Source of the DNA: an uncultured Candidatus Woesearchaeota archaeon
GTDB taxonomy: Archaea; Nanobdellota; Nanobdellia; Woesearchaeales; B29-G15
DNA length: 64,000 nucleotides
Assembly (NCBI GenBank): GCA_903915225.1
Contig: CAIWSB010000055.1
Coordinates: 6,847-70,846, forward strand
Direction: 5' to 3'
Shown: in pieces, positions 30,922 to 40,026 of the stretch
Numbering within the stretch: position 1 is the stretch's first letter
How the letters are laid out: each line of letters begins with the position of its first letter
Program-made: the position numbers and the translations under genes
Notes under the pieces: model-generated
Database searches by the model: none
Told to the model about the DNA's origin: nothing
The model's input: only the letters and a program-made list of their open reading frames with translations

Positions 30922-30976
30922 TTTACCTTAAATATCTTTGTGGTATTTAAGGTTTACGATATAGCTCTTGCAATAG

Positions 30977-32221
30977 CTATTTTGTGGGGTCAGTGACCCT
31001 CCCCATGAAGAGGAAGTTGCCTGTTTCCTTCTCTTGAATCAGGAATATGAACGGGTGGTCTGCGTTAAAGATAGTGGGATTTGCTATTGCCGTATTCTTC
31101 ATAACCACCGCAGTGGCAGCAGCTGCCTCTGTCCCCTCCTCATTCACATCCACAAAGGCCTGGTGAATCACATCGCTGATGTACAAGTCCTTTTTCCCGT
31201 CCATGCCTGAGAAGTCAGCTGCGTCTGTGAAAGCAGTGGGCATGCCCATCGCAATCAGGTCATCTGCCATAAAGTACTTTGTCTCAAACTTGAATTTGGG
31301 CAGATAGACTTTCATGCCAGTCTCATACATCTGGGCACGTAGCTCAATTAGTTTTTCCAGGGTGAATGAACCCTCTAGCGCATCGAGTGTGTCTGCCTTT
31401 GGCAGGAGCAGAAGCATTGAGAGCTCATTGCCAGAGTAAGGCAGCTCGAGAATCTGAAGTTCATCTGTCTCTGCATAATTAAACCTCGCCTTCTCACCTG
31501 TGATTGCCATCATCTGGGCCTTCACAGTCAGCTCTGGGCTCACGCGGAAATCAGCCTCGCGTGTTGCGGACTTTTCAAACTGCCAGAGCCAAGTGCCTTT
31601 GAAGTAAATGGCATTTGTAAGAACCAGGCGTGTCATTGGGTCAATCTCACCCTGCGGGATAAGGTCCTTAATCTTGTCGTTTGTCTGCTGCTCAACCCAT
31701 TTATTGATTGTAACCCTTGAATTCTCAGTGTCACCCACAAAGTCAAGGTTAGTGACCTTGCCACCATAGTAATTCCCAATTGTGGCAAAGTAGCTGTCAA
31801 GGAACTTGAAATTCTGCTGCGCCCAGAGGGCATTAGCAGTGTTGAGCAAGTACGGCTTGCCATGCGCATTTAGGTTATTATATTCCTGTGCAAACGCAGG
31901 CCTCATCTGCGAAGTATCCAGCGGGAAATGGAAAACATTGGCAATCTCCTGGGCTGTCTGGCCGCGAGCGCCCTCATAGGTCATTGCGAGGGCTGACGAA
32001 ATACTATATGGAGAGAAAAAGATGTTCCCCTCATTAGACTTATATTTTGCATAGAGGTCAAATGCAAACTGGTTGTTGGCATTGACAACAAGATTTACAT
32101 TCTCTGCCGTGACCCCTGTGGCATCCATCAAAGTCTTGCCGGGAGGAGCAGGAGGAGTGCATCCAAAAACAAAGAGAATTGAGATAAGCAGTATTGCCAA
32201 AAGCGCGGTTGTGTGTTTCAT
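30977..32221 (-). CDS. serpin family protease inhibitor with lipoprotein-type signal
   Basis: Serpin body (NAIYFKGTWLWQFEKSATREADF) and C-terminal signature FNADHPFIFLIQEKETGNFLFMGRVTDP. The N-terminus is LLISILFVFGC. Confidence 0.9.
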   Translation of the reverse strand: MKHTTALLAILLISILFVFGCTPPAPPGKTLMDATGVTAENVNLVVNANNQFAFDLYAKYKSNEGNIFFSPYSISSALAMTYEGARGQTAQEIANVFHFPLDTSQMRPAFAQEYNNLNAHGKPYLLNTANALWAQQNFKFLDSYFATIGNYYGGKVTNLDFVGDTENSRVTINKWVEQQTNDKIKDLIPQGEIDPMTRLVLTNAIYFKGTWLWQFEKSATREADFRVSPELTVKAQMMAITGEKARFNYAETDELQILELPYSGNELSMLLLLPKADTLDALEGSFTLEKLIELRAQMYETGMKVYLPKFKFETKYFMADDLIAMGMPTAFTDAADFSGMDGKKDLYISDVIHQAFVDVNEEGTEAAAATAVVMKNTAIANPTIFNADHPFIFLIQEKETGNFLFMGRVTDPTK

Positions 32222-32261
32222 GAGAAGTTAAACAGATGGCTGGAATAAATAGTTTGTTATA

Positions 32262-32306
32262 ATTGCAACTGAAGTTGAAACCAAAAAAGAAAAAAAACAA
32301 AAAAAA
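32262..32306 (-). terminator. oligo-T terminator downstream of 32311..32943
   Basis: The minus strand reads ...tattttttttgtttttttttctttttttggtttc immediately after the stop codon. Confidence 0.45.
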
Positions 32307-32310
32307 TAGC

Positions 32311-32943
32311 CTAGCTTACCCTGCCCACAACCAACTTGGCAAGAGCAACAGCCTTGTCCTTTGAGCATCCGCCACCAGTGCACTGGAGCTGGAACTTGTA
32401 CTTGCCTTTTCCAAAGTTGACTGCATCATAAGGCTGCTTGTACCAGCAGGCATCGTAGTCGCCAAGCCCGGTGACTGTCTCAATGTTCTCCATCCCGATT
32501 GGGTTCTTGATTACTGTTGTGCCGATGGTGAAACTCTCCCTGCAACCAGCTGCAAGATCCCCTGTAACGCTTTCCACAGTTCCTATCTTGTTCATGTTCA
32601 GAGAAATGGAAGCCCCGCGGCCTGACCTGAAGAGCTCCTTGTCTCCCCAGCCTCGAGAGCATGTCCCGCCAGGGTACTTGAAGGTCTGCCCGTCTTGTAT
32701 TTCAACGCCCATTACATCAGCAATGTCTTTTATAGTTAGTAATCCGCAGTCCTCAAGGGAATATGATTCAGCTGGAACTACAGTGGTTGGAGCAACTGTT
32801 GATGCCGCTTGAGATGTTGGGGTTGAAGGAGCAACTGTTGAAGCAGGAGGATTGGGTGTATTATCCGTAGCAGGTGGGGATTGGGAGCACCCAGCCACAA
32901 GAATTACCGCAACCAATGCCACCAACAAATAGCTCATTTTCAT
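32311..32943 (-). CDS. secreted lipoprotein with low-complexity Pro/Thr/Ser linker
   Basis: Signal LLVALVAVILVAGC, a PT-rich linker, then a Cys-containing globular domain. Confidence 0.6.
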   Translation of the reverse strand: MKMSYLLVALVAVILVAGCSQSPPATDNTPNPPASTVAPSTPTSQAASTVAPTTVVPAESYSLEDCGLLTIKDIADVMGVEIQDGQTFKYPGGTCSRGWGDKELFRSGRGASISLNMNKIGTVESVTGDLAAGCRESFTIGTTVIKNPIGMENIETVTGLGDYDACWYKQPYDAVNFGKGKYKFQLQCTGGGCSKDKAVALAKLVVGRVS

Positions 32944-33031
32944 ATATGTTCACCGTTTTTTGTTTTGATAATAGAGGGTTTTTGAATAAAGTTATATTTA
33001 AATCTTTAGCAAAGGACTCCGTTCTTCGAAG

Positions 33032-33133
33032 GCAGCAACAACTATGGCAGCTGACGGTCATTTGCTGCTGCAAATGCCCTACTCGCCACCCCGTAGGGGC
33101 CCTCCCCCGGCTCGCCAGCGCCATTGTTGCTGC
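33032..33133 (+). repeat. ~103-nt conserved structured element, copy 1
   Basis: About 85% identical to 39791..39894. Bounded by the inverted repeat GCAGCAACAA...TTGTTGCTGC. The internal hairpins differ from copy 2 by compensatory changes. Confidence 0.7.
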
Positions 33134-33174
33134 CCATAGAAACTGTTAAAAACACCCCTTCTCTCGCACGTGCC

Positions 33175-34161
33175 ATGAAGGCAATCGGGCTTTTCTCAGG
33201 CGGATTGGACAGCGCCCTGGCAATAAAGATGGTCCAGGAGCAGGGAATTGAGGTAATCGCACTTAATTTCGTGAGCCCGTTCTGCACCTGCGTCGGCAAG
33301 GGATGCTCCATTGTGGACCTGGCGAAGAGGCTTGGGGTAAAAATCAAGGTCATGAGCAAGGGCAAGGATTACCTCAAAATGCTGCGCCACCCGAAATACG
33401 GCTATGGCAAGAACATGAACCCTTGCATTGATTGCAAAATCTACATACTCAAGAAAGCCAGGATATATGCAAAAGAGATTGGGGCAAAATTCCTGTTCAC
33501 AGGCGAAGTTGTGGGGCAAAGGCCGATGTCCCAACACTACAAGACCCTTATGCTGATTGAGAAAGAGGCAGGCTTAACCGGAAAGCTGGTACGGCCGCTA
33601 TGCGCTGGATTGCTGCCGCCAACAGAAGCAGAGAAGAAAGGCTGGATAGACCGAGAAAAACTTTTGAAATTTGAAGGCAGGAGAAGGACTCCGCAACTGG
33701 ACCTGGCAAAGAAATACAAGATTGACGGCTTCATGTGCGGGGGCTCTGGCTGCAGGCTCACAGACAAGGAATTTTCATGGAAGCTGAAAGATTTATTTGC
33801 CCATAAAGAGAGGCTTGCGTATAACGAGGTGCGCCTTTTGAGCTTCGGCAGGCATTTCAGGCTCAAGGACAACAAGATAATCACTGGAAGAAACCAGGCG
33901 GATAACGAGGCCATCCCCACACTGAAAAAGAAAAGCGAAATCCTGCTGCAGGTCGAAGGCCACATGGGCCCAATTACATTAATTGAAGGTAAACCCACAA
34001 AAGAGACAATCGAAATTGCAGCAAGCATCACCGCGAGATACTCTGACGCCCCGGATGGGGATATAACCGTAAACTACGGAAAAACCATCGGAGCCCTGAA
34101 CAAGAGAATTGTTGTAAAGAAGATAACCGAAAGCAGGCTTGACGAGCTTAGGATTGCTTAA
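33175..34161 (+). CDS. PP-loop ATP pyrophosphatase, MnmA/TtuA-like tRNA thiolation family (putative)
   Basis: AIGLFSGGLDSALAIKM PP-loop and NMNPCIDCKIYILKKA (compare MnmA NPxxxCNxxIKF). Start set at MKAIG. Confidence 0.55.
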   Translation: MKAIGLFSGGLDSALAIKMVQEQGIEVIALNFVSPFCTCVGKGCSIVDLAKRLGVKIKVMSKGKDYLKMLRHPKYGYGKNMNPCIDCKIYILKKARIYAKEIGAKFLFTGEVVGQRPMSQHYKTLMLIEKEAGLTGKLVRPLCAGLLPPTEAEKKGWIDREKLLKFEGRRRTPQLDLAKKYKIDGFMCGGSGCRLTDKEFSWKLKDLFAHKERLAYNEVRLLSFGRHFRLKDNKIITGRNQADNEAIPTLKKKSEILLQVEGHMGPITLIEGKPTKETIEIAASITARYSDAPDGDITVNYGKTIGALNKRIVVKKITESRLDELRIA

Positions 34162-34242
34162 GCTGTTTTTCTCATTGACTTTTACTTCGGAGTAGTTAAA
34201 TTACCGTAAAGATTTTAAACACGCTGCCATTAACAGCCTACT

Positions 34243-34512
34243 ATGACAATAGACGATAAATTAACAATGGAAACCGCTGTGGCTGGCCTGAGTAAGGGTG
34301 ATTTAGTCAGAATCAAATGGAAGCCAGTCATCAGGCTGTATGGGAGAGACACATTTATAGGGAAATATGTGGAACACGATCCAAAGCAAAAGACCTTGAC
34401 TGTATCAAAGGATGCGTTTGATATGTGTGACATAAAAATTGAAATCACAAGAGAAATACCCTATGCCCGAATCGAACAAATTGAGAGATTAGAACCCAAG
34501 AAATTATACTAA
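34243..34512 (+). CDS. hypothetical protein
   Basis: 89-aa ORF. Confidence 0.4.
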   Translation: MTIDDKLTMETAVAGLSKGDLVRIKWKPVIRLYGRDTFIGKYVEHDPKQKTLTVSKDAFDMCDIKIEITREIPYARIEQIERLEPKKLY

Positions 34513-34539
34513 ACAATTCAACTAATTGGGGGGATTTAA

Positions 34540-34869
34540 ATGGCTAAATGTGACAAGGTTAAAGCTGAAAGAATCAATAAGGGAACAATCGAAACTATCG
34601 TGGATGGAACATTCACTATTGAGGGCACAACTGCTGTGCATATTGAGGGCAGACTGGCCTATGAAGATGGCATTTTTGATATTGTCAAGGAAGAGCAAAA
34701 GCAAATCAGGGGCATAGGAGTTAGGGCACCAACTGTCTATACCATGGTTGCGCTTAAGGCAGGGGAATTTGAGATTGAGTACCAGCACCTGGCTCCGGGA
34801 TTCTCAGAGCACCCAAACAAGATTCTGAGCGCAGAAGTATACAAAGTAATAGTCAAGCCTAAGCAGTAG
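34540..34869 (+). CDS. hypothetical protein, duet paralog 1
   Basis: MAKCDKVKAERINKGTIETIVDGTFTIEGTT ... EVYKVIVKPKQ is about 50% identical to the next gene. Both have the same RBS/start context (aattggggggat/aagttaaATGgctaaa). Confidence 0.6.
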   Translation: MAKCDKVKAERINKGTIETIVDGTFTIEGTTAVHIEGRLAYEDGIFDIVKEEQKQIRGIGVRAPTVYTMVALKAGEFEIEYQHLAPGFSEHPNKILSAEVYKVIVKPKQ

Positions 34870-34891
34870 GCTTCAATTGGGGGGAAGTTAA

Positions 34892-35206
34892 ATGGCTAAA
34901 GTTGAAAGAACAAATGAAGGGACAATAGAAACCATTGTTGGCAAGACATTCAAGATTGAGGGGACAACCCCAATCCAATTCGGCGGCAAGCTCAGCTTCT
35001 TGGAGGGCGCATTTGAGATTGTTGATGAGAGGAAAAATGAGCTCAAGACTTTCGGTCCAAGGTTCCCGACTGTCTACATAATCAAGGCTCTTAAGCCAGG
35101 GGAGTTCAAGATTGAGTACCAGCAACTATCGCCTGCATACAGCGAGCACCCAAACGAGGTTGTAGGCGCAAATGTTTACAAAGTAATAGTCAAGCCTAAG
35201 GAGTAG
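34892..35206 (+). CDS. hypothetical protein, duet paralog 2
   Basis: MAKVERTNEGTIETIVGKTFKIEGTT ... NVYKVIVKPKE. Confidence 0.6.
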   Translation: MAKVERTNEGTIETIVGKTFKIEGTTPIQFGGKLSFLEGAFEIVDERKNELKTFGPRFPTVYIIKALKPGEFKIEYQQLSPAYSEHPNEVVGANVYKVIVKPKE

Positions 35207-35210
35207 GCTT

Positions 35211-35232
35211 GTTTTTCTTTTTTTTTAGTTCA
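35211..35232 (+). terminator. oligo-T terminator
   Basis: gcttgtttttctttttttttagttc directly after the stop at 35206. Confidence 0.45.
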
Positions 35233-35331
35233 GATTTCTTTTAAGTAGGCATAATTTACTGTTCTAGAACGGCAATATATGTATAATCTTTAATAATCTG
35301 CCCCGCCCTTCTTATTCAGGGAGTGAGTCGG

Positions 35332-35598
35332 ATGGGAGAAATCGTGTATAAAGTTGAGGAAATAATCAATTACTACACATCAAGCCAAGAAGAGCGGATT
35401 ATCGGGTATGCAACTGGAAACCCAGAGGATATCGCAGAATTCTTTAGAGCAAGATCACAGGAAATGATAACTGTATCACCGCTGGAGATAATTGCTGTCA
35501 CCTCTGACAAAGCCAAAGATGTCAGGCAGGCTACAAGACAGCTCCAAGAGGCAAAGGAAAAAATAGAAAGGATAACCAAGCCCAAAACTTGCAGGTAG
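35332..35598 (+). CDS. hypothetical protein, second duet paralog 1
   Basis: MGEIVYKVEEIINYYTSSQEERIIGYATGNPEDIAEFF... RBS is GGGAGTGAGT. Confidence 0.55.
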   Translation: MGEIVYKVEEIINYYTSSQEERIIGYATGNPEDIAEFFRARSQEMITVSPLEIIAVTSDKAKDVRQATRQLQEAKEKIERITKPKTCR

Positions 35599-35631
35599 TT
35601 TTTGAAAAAAAGGTTTAAGGGGGTGAGTGAG

Positions 35632-35892
35632 ATGTGTCAAATAACATATAAGGTTGAGGAAATCACCAACTACTTTGAATCTGGCGAAACAAAGAAAATT
35701 ATAGGGTACGCAACTGGGAACCCGATGGATATCGCGGAATTCTTTATGGCACGTTCACAGCAGAGGATAGAGGTAACGCCGCTGGAAGTAATTGTTATTA
35801 CCCCTGACATAGCCCAAGACATTAGGCAGGCTAAACAACAGCTCCAGGAAGCAAAGGATAAATTACAAAAGATAATCTATCCTGGCAAATAA
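35632..35892 (+). CDS. hypothetical protein, second duet paralog 2
   Basis: MCQITYKVEEITNYFESGETKKIIGYATGNPMDIAEFF... RBS is GGGGGTGAGT. Confidence 0.55.
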   Translation: MCQITYKVEEITNYFESGETKKIIGYATGNPMDIAEFFMARSQQRIEVTPLEVIVITPDIAQDIRQAKQQLQEAKDKLQKIIYPGK

Positions 35893-35905
35893 TTTCCTTG
35901 CAAGC

Positions 35906-36676
35906 TTACCCAATCCTCATCTTAAGGTTTCTGGCGTATTGGTACGTTGGGTCAATCTTCAGCGCCTGGTCCACGCATCTACGGGCGTTGTCCTTATCGC
36001 CAATGACAAGGAGCGCGTTGGCCTTGTTGCCCCAGGCCTTCCTGTAGTTCTTGTCAATATTATTAATCACATGGTCATAGCAAGCAATTGCCTCCGTGAC
36101 CCTGCCAAGGTTCTTGAGTGCAATCCCCTTGTTTATCCACGCAAGACTGAATTTCGGGCTTAGCTTAATCGCCTCATCGAAATAGGGCAATGCCTCCTGA
36201 TACTTGCGCTTCTCGTTAAGCGCATTCCCCTTGTCATCTGCCTCCTCAGCTTTGCTCAGTTTCCTGCCTGTGAATGCATGAATGACCTCAACTGCCAGCA
36301 TGTCCATGCAGAATTTCCCGTAAAAGCCCATGTACCTGCCTGCAATCTCCTCAAGCCTCTTGTTTGTAGAAAACACAGCTGTTGAACTCCAATTAATCTC
36401 TGCACCGGTCTGCTTCATCAGTCCCTTTAGCTCAACATAGCTGCTAATCTGCTCCTCAAGCAATCTCCTATGCTCCAGTGGCAGCTTCTTGACATCCTTT
36501 GCATAGTCTGTGCCAGCATATATCTTCTCAAGCGTCAAATCCTTGTTATCTAGAACCTGAGCAAGCGATTTTTCATACTCAATCGGGTCAGAGTGCTCCT
36601 TTATTTCCCGGACTGCAGAAATTGCCCTCTCCAATGTCTTATCACACCTTCTTATAGAATCCTCAATGTTTGCCAT
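35906..36676 (-). CDS. TPR repeat protein
   Basis: C-terminal tandem TPR-like repeats (ALPYFDEAIKLSPKFSLAWINKGIALKNLGRVTEAIACYDHVI...). Confidence 0.65.
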   Translation of the reverse strand: MANIEDSIRRCDKTLERAISAVREIKEHSDPIEYEKSLAQVLDNKDLTLEKIYAGTDYAKDVKKLPLEHRRLLEEQISSYVELKGLMKQTGAEINWSSTAVFSTNKRLEEIAGRYMGFYGKFCMDMLAVEVIHAFTGRKLSKAEEADDKGNALNEKRKYQEALPYFDEAIKLSPKFSLAWINKGIALKNLGRVTEAIACYDHVINNIDKNYRKAWGNKANALLVIGDKDNARRCVDQALKIDPTYQYARNLKMRIG

Positions 36677-36705
36677 GCAAATCCCCCTCGTTGAAAAATT
36701 TTTCA

Positions 36706-37197
36706 CTAATCAGCCAGGGACTTTCTCCAGTTCCCCAAAAACTGCCCAAAAGCAACCTGGAAAGAGCCTGAGAGCATAGCGGCAATCTGATGCGTCCATA
36801 CATGCACATATTCCTCTGTGGTGAGCTTCCAGAGCCTGTCTGCCATTTCATCAGCGCCTATTGAGTTTGCCTGGTAAACCCTCTCAAGGTTAGGGTCATT
36901 CCTTTCAGTGAGGAAAATGCAATGGTCCACCTCAATCTTATATAGTGCAGCCCCAACAACCTCTAGAGGGTTTTCGTACTTGCCCTTGGCTTCTAGCATT
37001 GCATCAAGCGTAGGGAGGTAATCCACATGAATCCTGCGGCCATCTATTGTGACAATCTCACCATCTATTTGGTATCTGGCGCTGTAATTCTCAATAGTCC
37101 TATCTGTCCTGTCCCGCTCAGCCTGCGGGTCAATGAAGGCATCAAATACCCTCCTTGCAGCCTCCTTATCAATACCAACAAAGAATCCCTTTTCCAT
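36706..37197 (-). CDS. hypothetical protein
   Basis: ORF starting at MEKGFFVGID. Confidence 0.45.
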   Translation of the reverse strand: MEKGFFVGIDKEAARRVFDAFIDPQAERDRTDRTIENYSARYQIDGEIVTIDGRRIHVDYLPTLDAMLEAKGKYENPLEVVGAALYKIEVDHCIFLTERNDPNLERVYQANSIGADEMADRLWKLTTEEYVHVWTHQIAAMLSGSFQVAFGQFLGNWRKSLAD

Positions 37198-37333
37198 GGG
37201 AAAGGAGAATAAATCTAACTTAATAAAGCTTATTGTTACTCGAGAAAGGTTAAATGGGAAGGACAAACTTAATCCATATGGCTTTGATTTCTCCTAGAAA
37301 AATTAATAAGGTGTTATTGTGCAAAGAGGAATT

Positions 37334-37960
37334 ATGAATAAAATCCAGATATTCTTCATTCACGGTGGAATGACTTTCAAGAAAAAGAAAGACTACCTTC
37401 ATTTCTTGAGGACAAAGGAGATATCAATTGAGGAGCCAAAGAGGTGGACTGACGCTTATCTGAAAAAGATGCTTGGGAATGTTTTTGAGATAATAAAGCC
37501 CAGGATGCCCCTCCAGGATAATGCAGTCTACGATGAATGGAAGCTATATTTTGAGAGGTTTTTCCCGTACCTTAGGAACAATATCATTTTAATAGGGTCA
37601 TCACTTGGAGGGATTTTTCTCGCGAAATATTTATCTGAGAATAGGTTCCCTAAAAAAATCCTATCCCTTTACCTAATCTGTGCGCCCTTTGACGATACCC
37701 TACCTGGGGAAGAGCTATCAGGGGGCTTTAAGCTGAAATCTGACCTATCATTGATTGAGAGGAATGCCAAAAGAATCAACCTACTATTCGCAGAACATGA
37801 TGATGTTGTCCCTGTGGCGCATGCAAAGAACTACGCAAAGAAGCTGAAAAATGCAAATATTGTCATATACAAGCACATCAGGAGCCACTTCATAATCTCT
37901 GAGTTCCCGGAGATAGTGAAGATGATAAAAGCTGATGTGAAAACCCTGAAGAAAAAGTAA
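37334..37960 (+). CDS. alpha/beta hydrolase (serine esterase-like)
   Basis: IFFIHGG, a nucleophile elbow LIGSSLGG, and a C-terminal Asp/His (EHDDVVPVAHA) that could complete the triad. Confidence 0.65.
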   Translation: MNKIQIFFIHGGMTFKKKKDYLHFLRTKEISIEEPKRWTDAYLKKMLGNVFEIIKPRMPLQDNAVYDEWKLYFERFFPYLRNNIILIGSSLGGIFLAKYLSENRFPKKILSLYLICAPFDDTLPGEELSGGFKLKSDLSLIERNAKRINLLFAEHDDVVPVAHAKNYAKKLKNANIVIYKHIRSHFIISEFPEIVKMIKADVKTLKKK

Positions 37961-38020
37961 ATTAATAAACTGGGAATTCCATTCTAAGCATTGTTGTCTT
38001 TTATGAAGAAACTAAAAGAT

Positions 38021-38266
38021 TTACTTCTTGAGTTTTTCTTCGAGTTGAGAGATTCGATGGTTCAATGACTTAATATTCTCTCGAGTATACCTCGATCTTA
38101 ACTCTAAAATTGATCCCAATCCTAAGAGAGCACCTGCTTCGCTAAGAGTTCTATTGTCTCCAGTAACCAACCCATAAATAACTAGAGCGCCTCCACCAAC
38201 AAGTAAAATTGGGGCTGTTGACATGTATATCAGGTCGTCCATTTTGTATTCGACTCCAAAAAATTT
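38021..38266 (-). CDS. small membrane peptide
   Basis: MKFFGVEYKMDDLIYMSTAPILLVGGGALVIYGLVTG... One TM helix. Lies immediately downstream of the rSAM/SPASM gene. Confidence 0.35.
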   Translation of the reverse strand, partial: KFFGVEYKMDDLIYMSTAPILLVGGGALVIYGLVTGDNRTLSEAGALLGLGSILELRSRYTRENIKSLNHRISQLEEKLKK

Positions 38267-38386
38267 CATTTTGATAACCTCCTTAAACAGATGGTAGCAA
38301 GGAGTACGCTCTCCCTTAAAAATCTTACTCAATTTAACTATTATGCAGTAAATAAAGCACTTCAACTCTTTGAAAATACCAAAGAA

Positions 38387-39730
38387 TCACCACAACTCAT
38401 TAACAGAAACCAGCTTCCCCGGCTCTGCAAGCTCCAGAATCCTGCCTTTCATCAATCCGACAAACTCTGCGATAACAGACTTTGCGTAATCCCTGCAATC
38501 AAGCCCAGGATAATATTTTTTTTGCACAACGCAGCCTCCACCGCAAAGTGTATTTATATCACAAGGCGCACAGCCCTCACGCTCAAGAATAGAACTCCGT
38601 TTTGGATTTGACTGCATCAAGCCCTCAAGCTGGAAATCCGGGTTGTTTATGGTGCGGGGGCAATGATATACCTTGCCATCTGTTGAAAACACATAATGGA
38701 ATCCCTTCTGCGGCTCGCAGAACCCAAGCTTAGGCCCAAAATAGGTTTTATACTCACCAAGCCAACCGAAGCTGCGGACAATGTGCCCAAGATATTTGAA
38801 GCTCTCAAACTTGAGCTTGCCCCTGAGCTCCGGGTGTTCTTCCCATACCTGGATTAAACGCTGAACCATCCTGCCCTCGGAAATCTCATCCCTCGCAGGG
38901 TCAAGGTTGGCATAATCATGCGAGCCCTCAACTCGCCACTGGAAATGGGGTTGCTGGAGCCAGCCTTTGACCCTGACAAACCCAATAAGATCTTCAATAT
39001 TCTGGAGGTTGCCCTTGCCGAGGATTGTCTGCATCTTTACTTCAAAACCTTCCTTCAGCAGCAAATCAATTGCGCCGGCAACATCATCAAATGAGCTCAG
39101 GCCGTTAATGTACGGGCGCCTGGAATCATGCACTCGTGGAGGTCCGTCAAGGGTAACCCTGAAATCAGAGACTACATCGCGATGCTCCCTATAAATGCTC
39201 AGGTGATGCTTCACTAATGAGCCGTTTGTGACAGTCACAACCTTCCAACTGCGTTGGGATGCAGCTGTAAGCACATTCTCCAGAACCTTAGGGTTGGAGA
39301 GTATCAAAGGCTCACCGCCAAATAATAGTATATTCACCCTTTCAGCAGGTATCCCTTTTAACTGTTGGAAATCAGAAATCCTTTCAATTATACTGTCAAG
39401 AACAGCATGGCTCAACTCTGAATTTGAACGGGTCTTCTTCTCATAGCATATCGGGCAGCCAAAGTTGCAGTTCAGCGTAGTGAGGACATAAAACCAGTAG
39501 GGTATGTTCTGGTTGTGCTCCTGGCTCACCTGCCTCAGGCGAAGAAGGTTTTCCTGCCGACCTTGCTCTGAAAGGAAATATCCTCTAGCCTGAAGCCGGG
39601 CCTCAACCTCGGGAGGCATCTCCTTAAGGAATTGCGAAGGAATAATATCAATAGCCCCATTCATGGGATTCATGAGCAGGTAATTAGAAGCATCTAGCTC
39701 AAACTTTTGAACCCTTTCCGAAAGCCCCAT
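38387..39730 (-). CDS. radical SAM/SPASM-domain protein (peptide/protein-modifying maturase-like)
   Basis: CNFGCPIC (CxxxCxxC) at about residue 88 after a roughly 75-aa N-terminal extension. C-terminal HCP...GCAPCDINTLCGGGC...DCRDY is a 7-Cys SPASM pattern. Confidence 0.8.
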   Translation of the reverse strand: MGLSERVQKFELDASNYLLMNPMNGAIDIIPSQFLKEMPPEVEARLQARGYFLSEQGRQENLLRLRQVSQEHNQNIPYWFYVLTTLNCNFGCPICYEKKTRSNSELSHAVLDSIIERISDFQQLKGIPAERVNILLFGGEPLILSNPKVLENVLTAASQRSWKVVTVTNGSLVKHHLSIYREHRDVVSDFRVTLDGPPRVHDSRRPYINGLSSFDDVAGAIDLLLKEGFEVKMQTILGKGNLQNIEDLIGFVRVKGWLQQPHFQWRVEGSHDYANLDPARDEISEGRMVQRLIQVWEEHPELRGKLKFESFKYLGHIVRSFGWLGEYKTYFGPKLGFCEPQKGFHYVFSTDGKVYHCPRTINNPDFQLEGLMQSNPKRSSILEREGCAPCDINTLCGGGCVVQKKYYPGLDCRDYAKSVIAEFVGLMKGRILELAEPGKLVSVNELW

Positions 39731-39790
39731 CTAACCAGAGAATTAAAACCCAAATAAAAAGGTGATGCCGGTTAATATAGTAAAAATATG

Positions 39791-39894
39791 GCAGCAACAA
39801 TAATGGCAGCTGACGGTCAAAATTGTGCGCAATTTTGCCCTACTCGGCACTCCGTAGGGGGCAACCCCCGCCTCGCCAGCGCCACTGTTGCTGC
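39791..39894 (+). repeat. ~103-nt conserved structured element, copy 2
   Basis: See copy 1. It lies in the divergent intergenic region between the rSAM/SPASM gene and 40027..40665. Confidence 0.7.
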
Positions 39895-40026
39895 GAAATT
39901 TCATATCCACTAACTTTGGCCCAGATTAATAATTTTCTACTGTGCAGTAGCTAAATACCCAAAAGAGTTATAAACATAGCATATTTAGCAAATTGAAATT
40001 ATATTAAACCAATGAGGTAAATTAAA

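Noticed and set aside
33032-33133. tRNA hypothesis for the repeat (terminal 7-9 bp complementary 'acceptor-like' stem)
   Set aside because: No D-arm or T-loop (GTTCRANYC) consensus and no plausible anticodon arm. The 102-nt length is wrong without an intron.
33048-33140. Short ORFs starting ATGGCAGCTGACGG inside both repeat copies (MAADGHLLLQ... / MAADGQNCAQ...)
   Set aside because: An indel between the copies shifts the frame after about 20 codons and the peptides are unrelated downstream. Conservation follows base pairing rather than codons.
34540-35206. Chagasin-family protease inhibitor assignment for the 34540/34892 duet (near the serpin and proteases)
   Set aside because: The diagnostic NPTTG / GxGG / RPW motifs are absent, so the duet is left as hypothetical.
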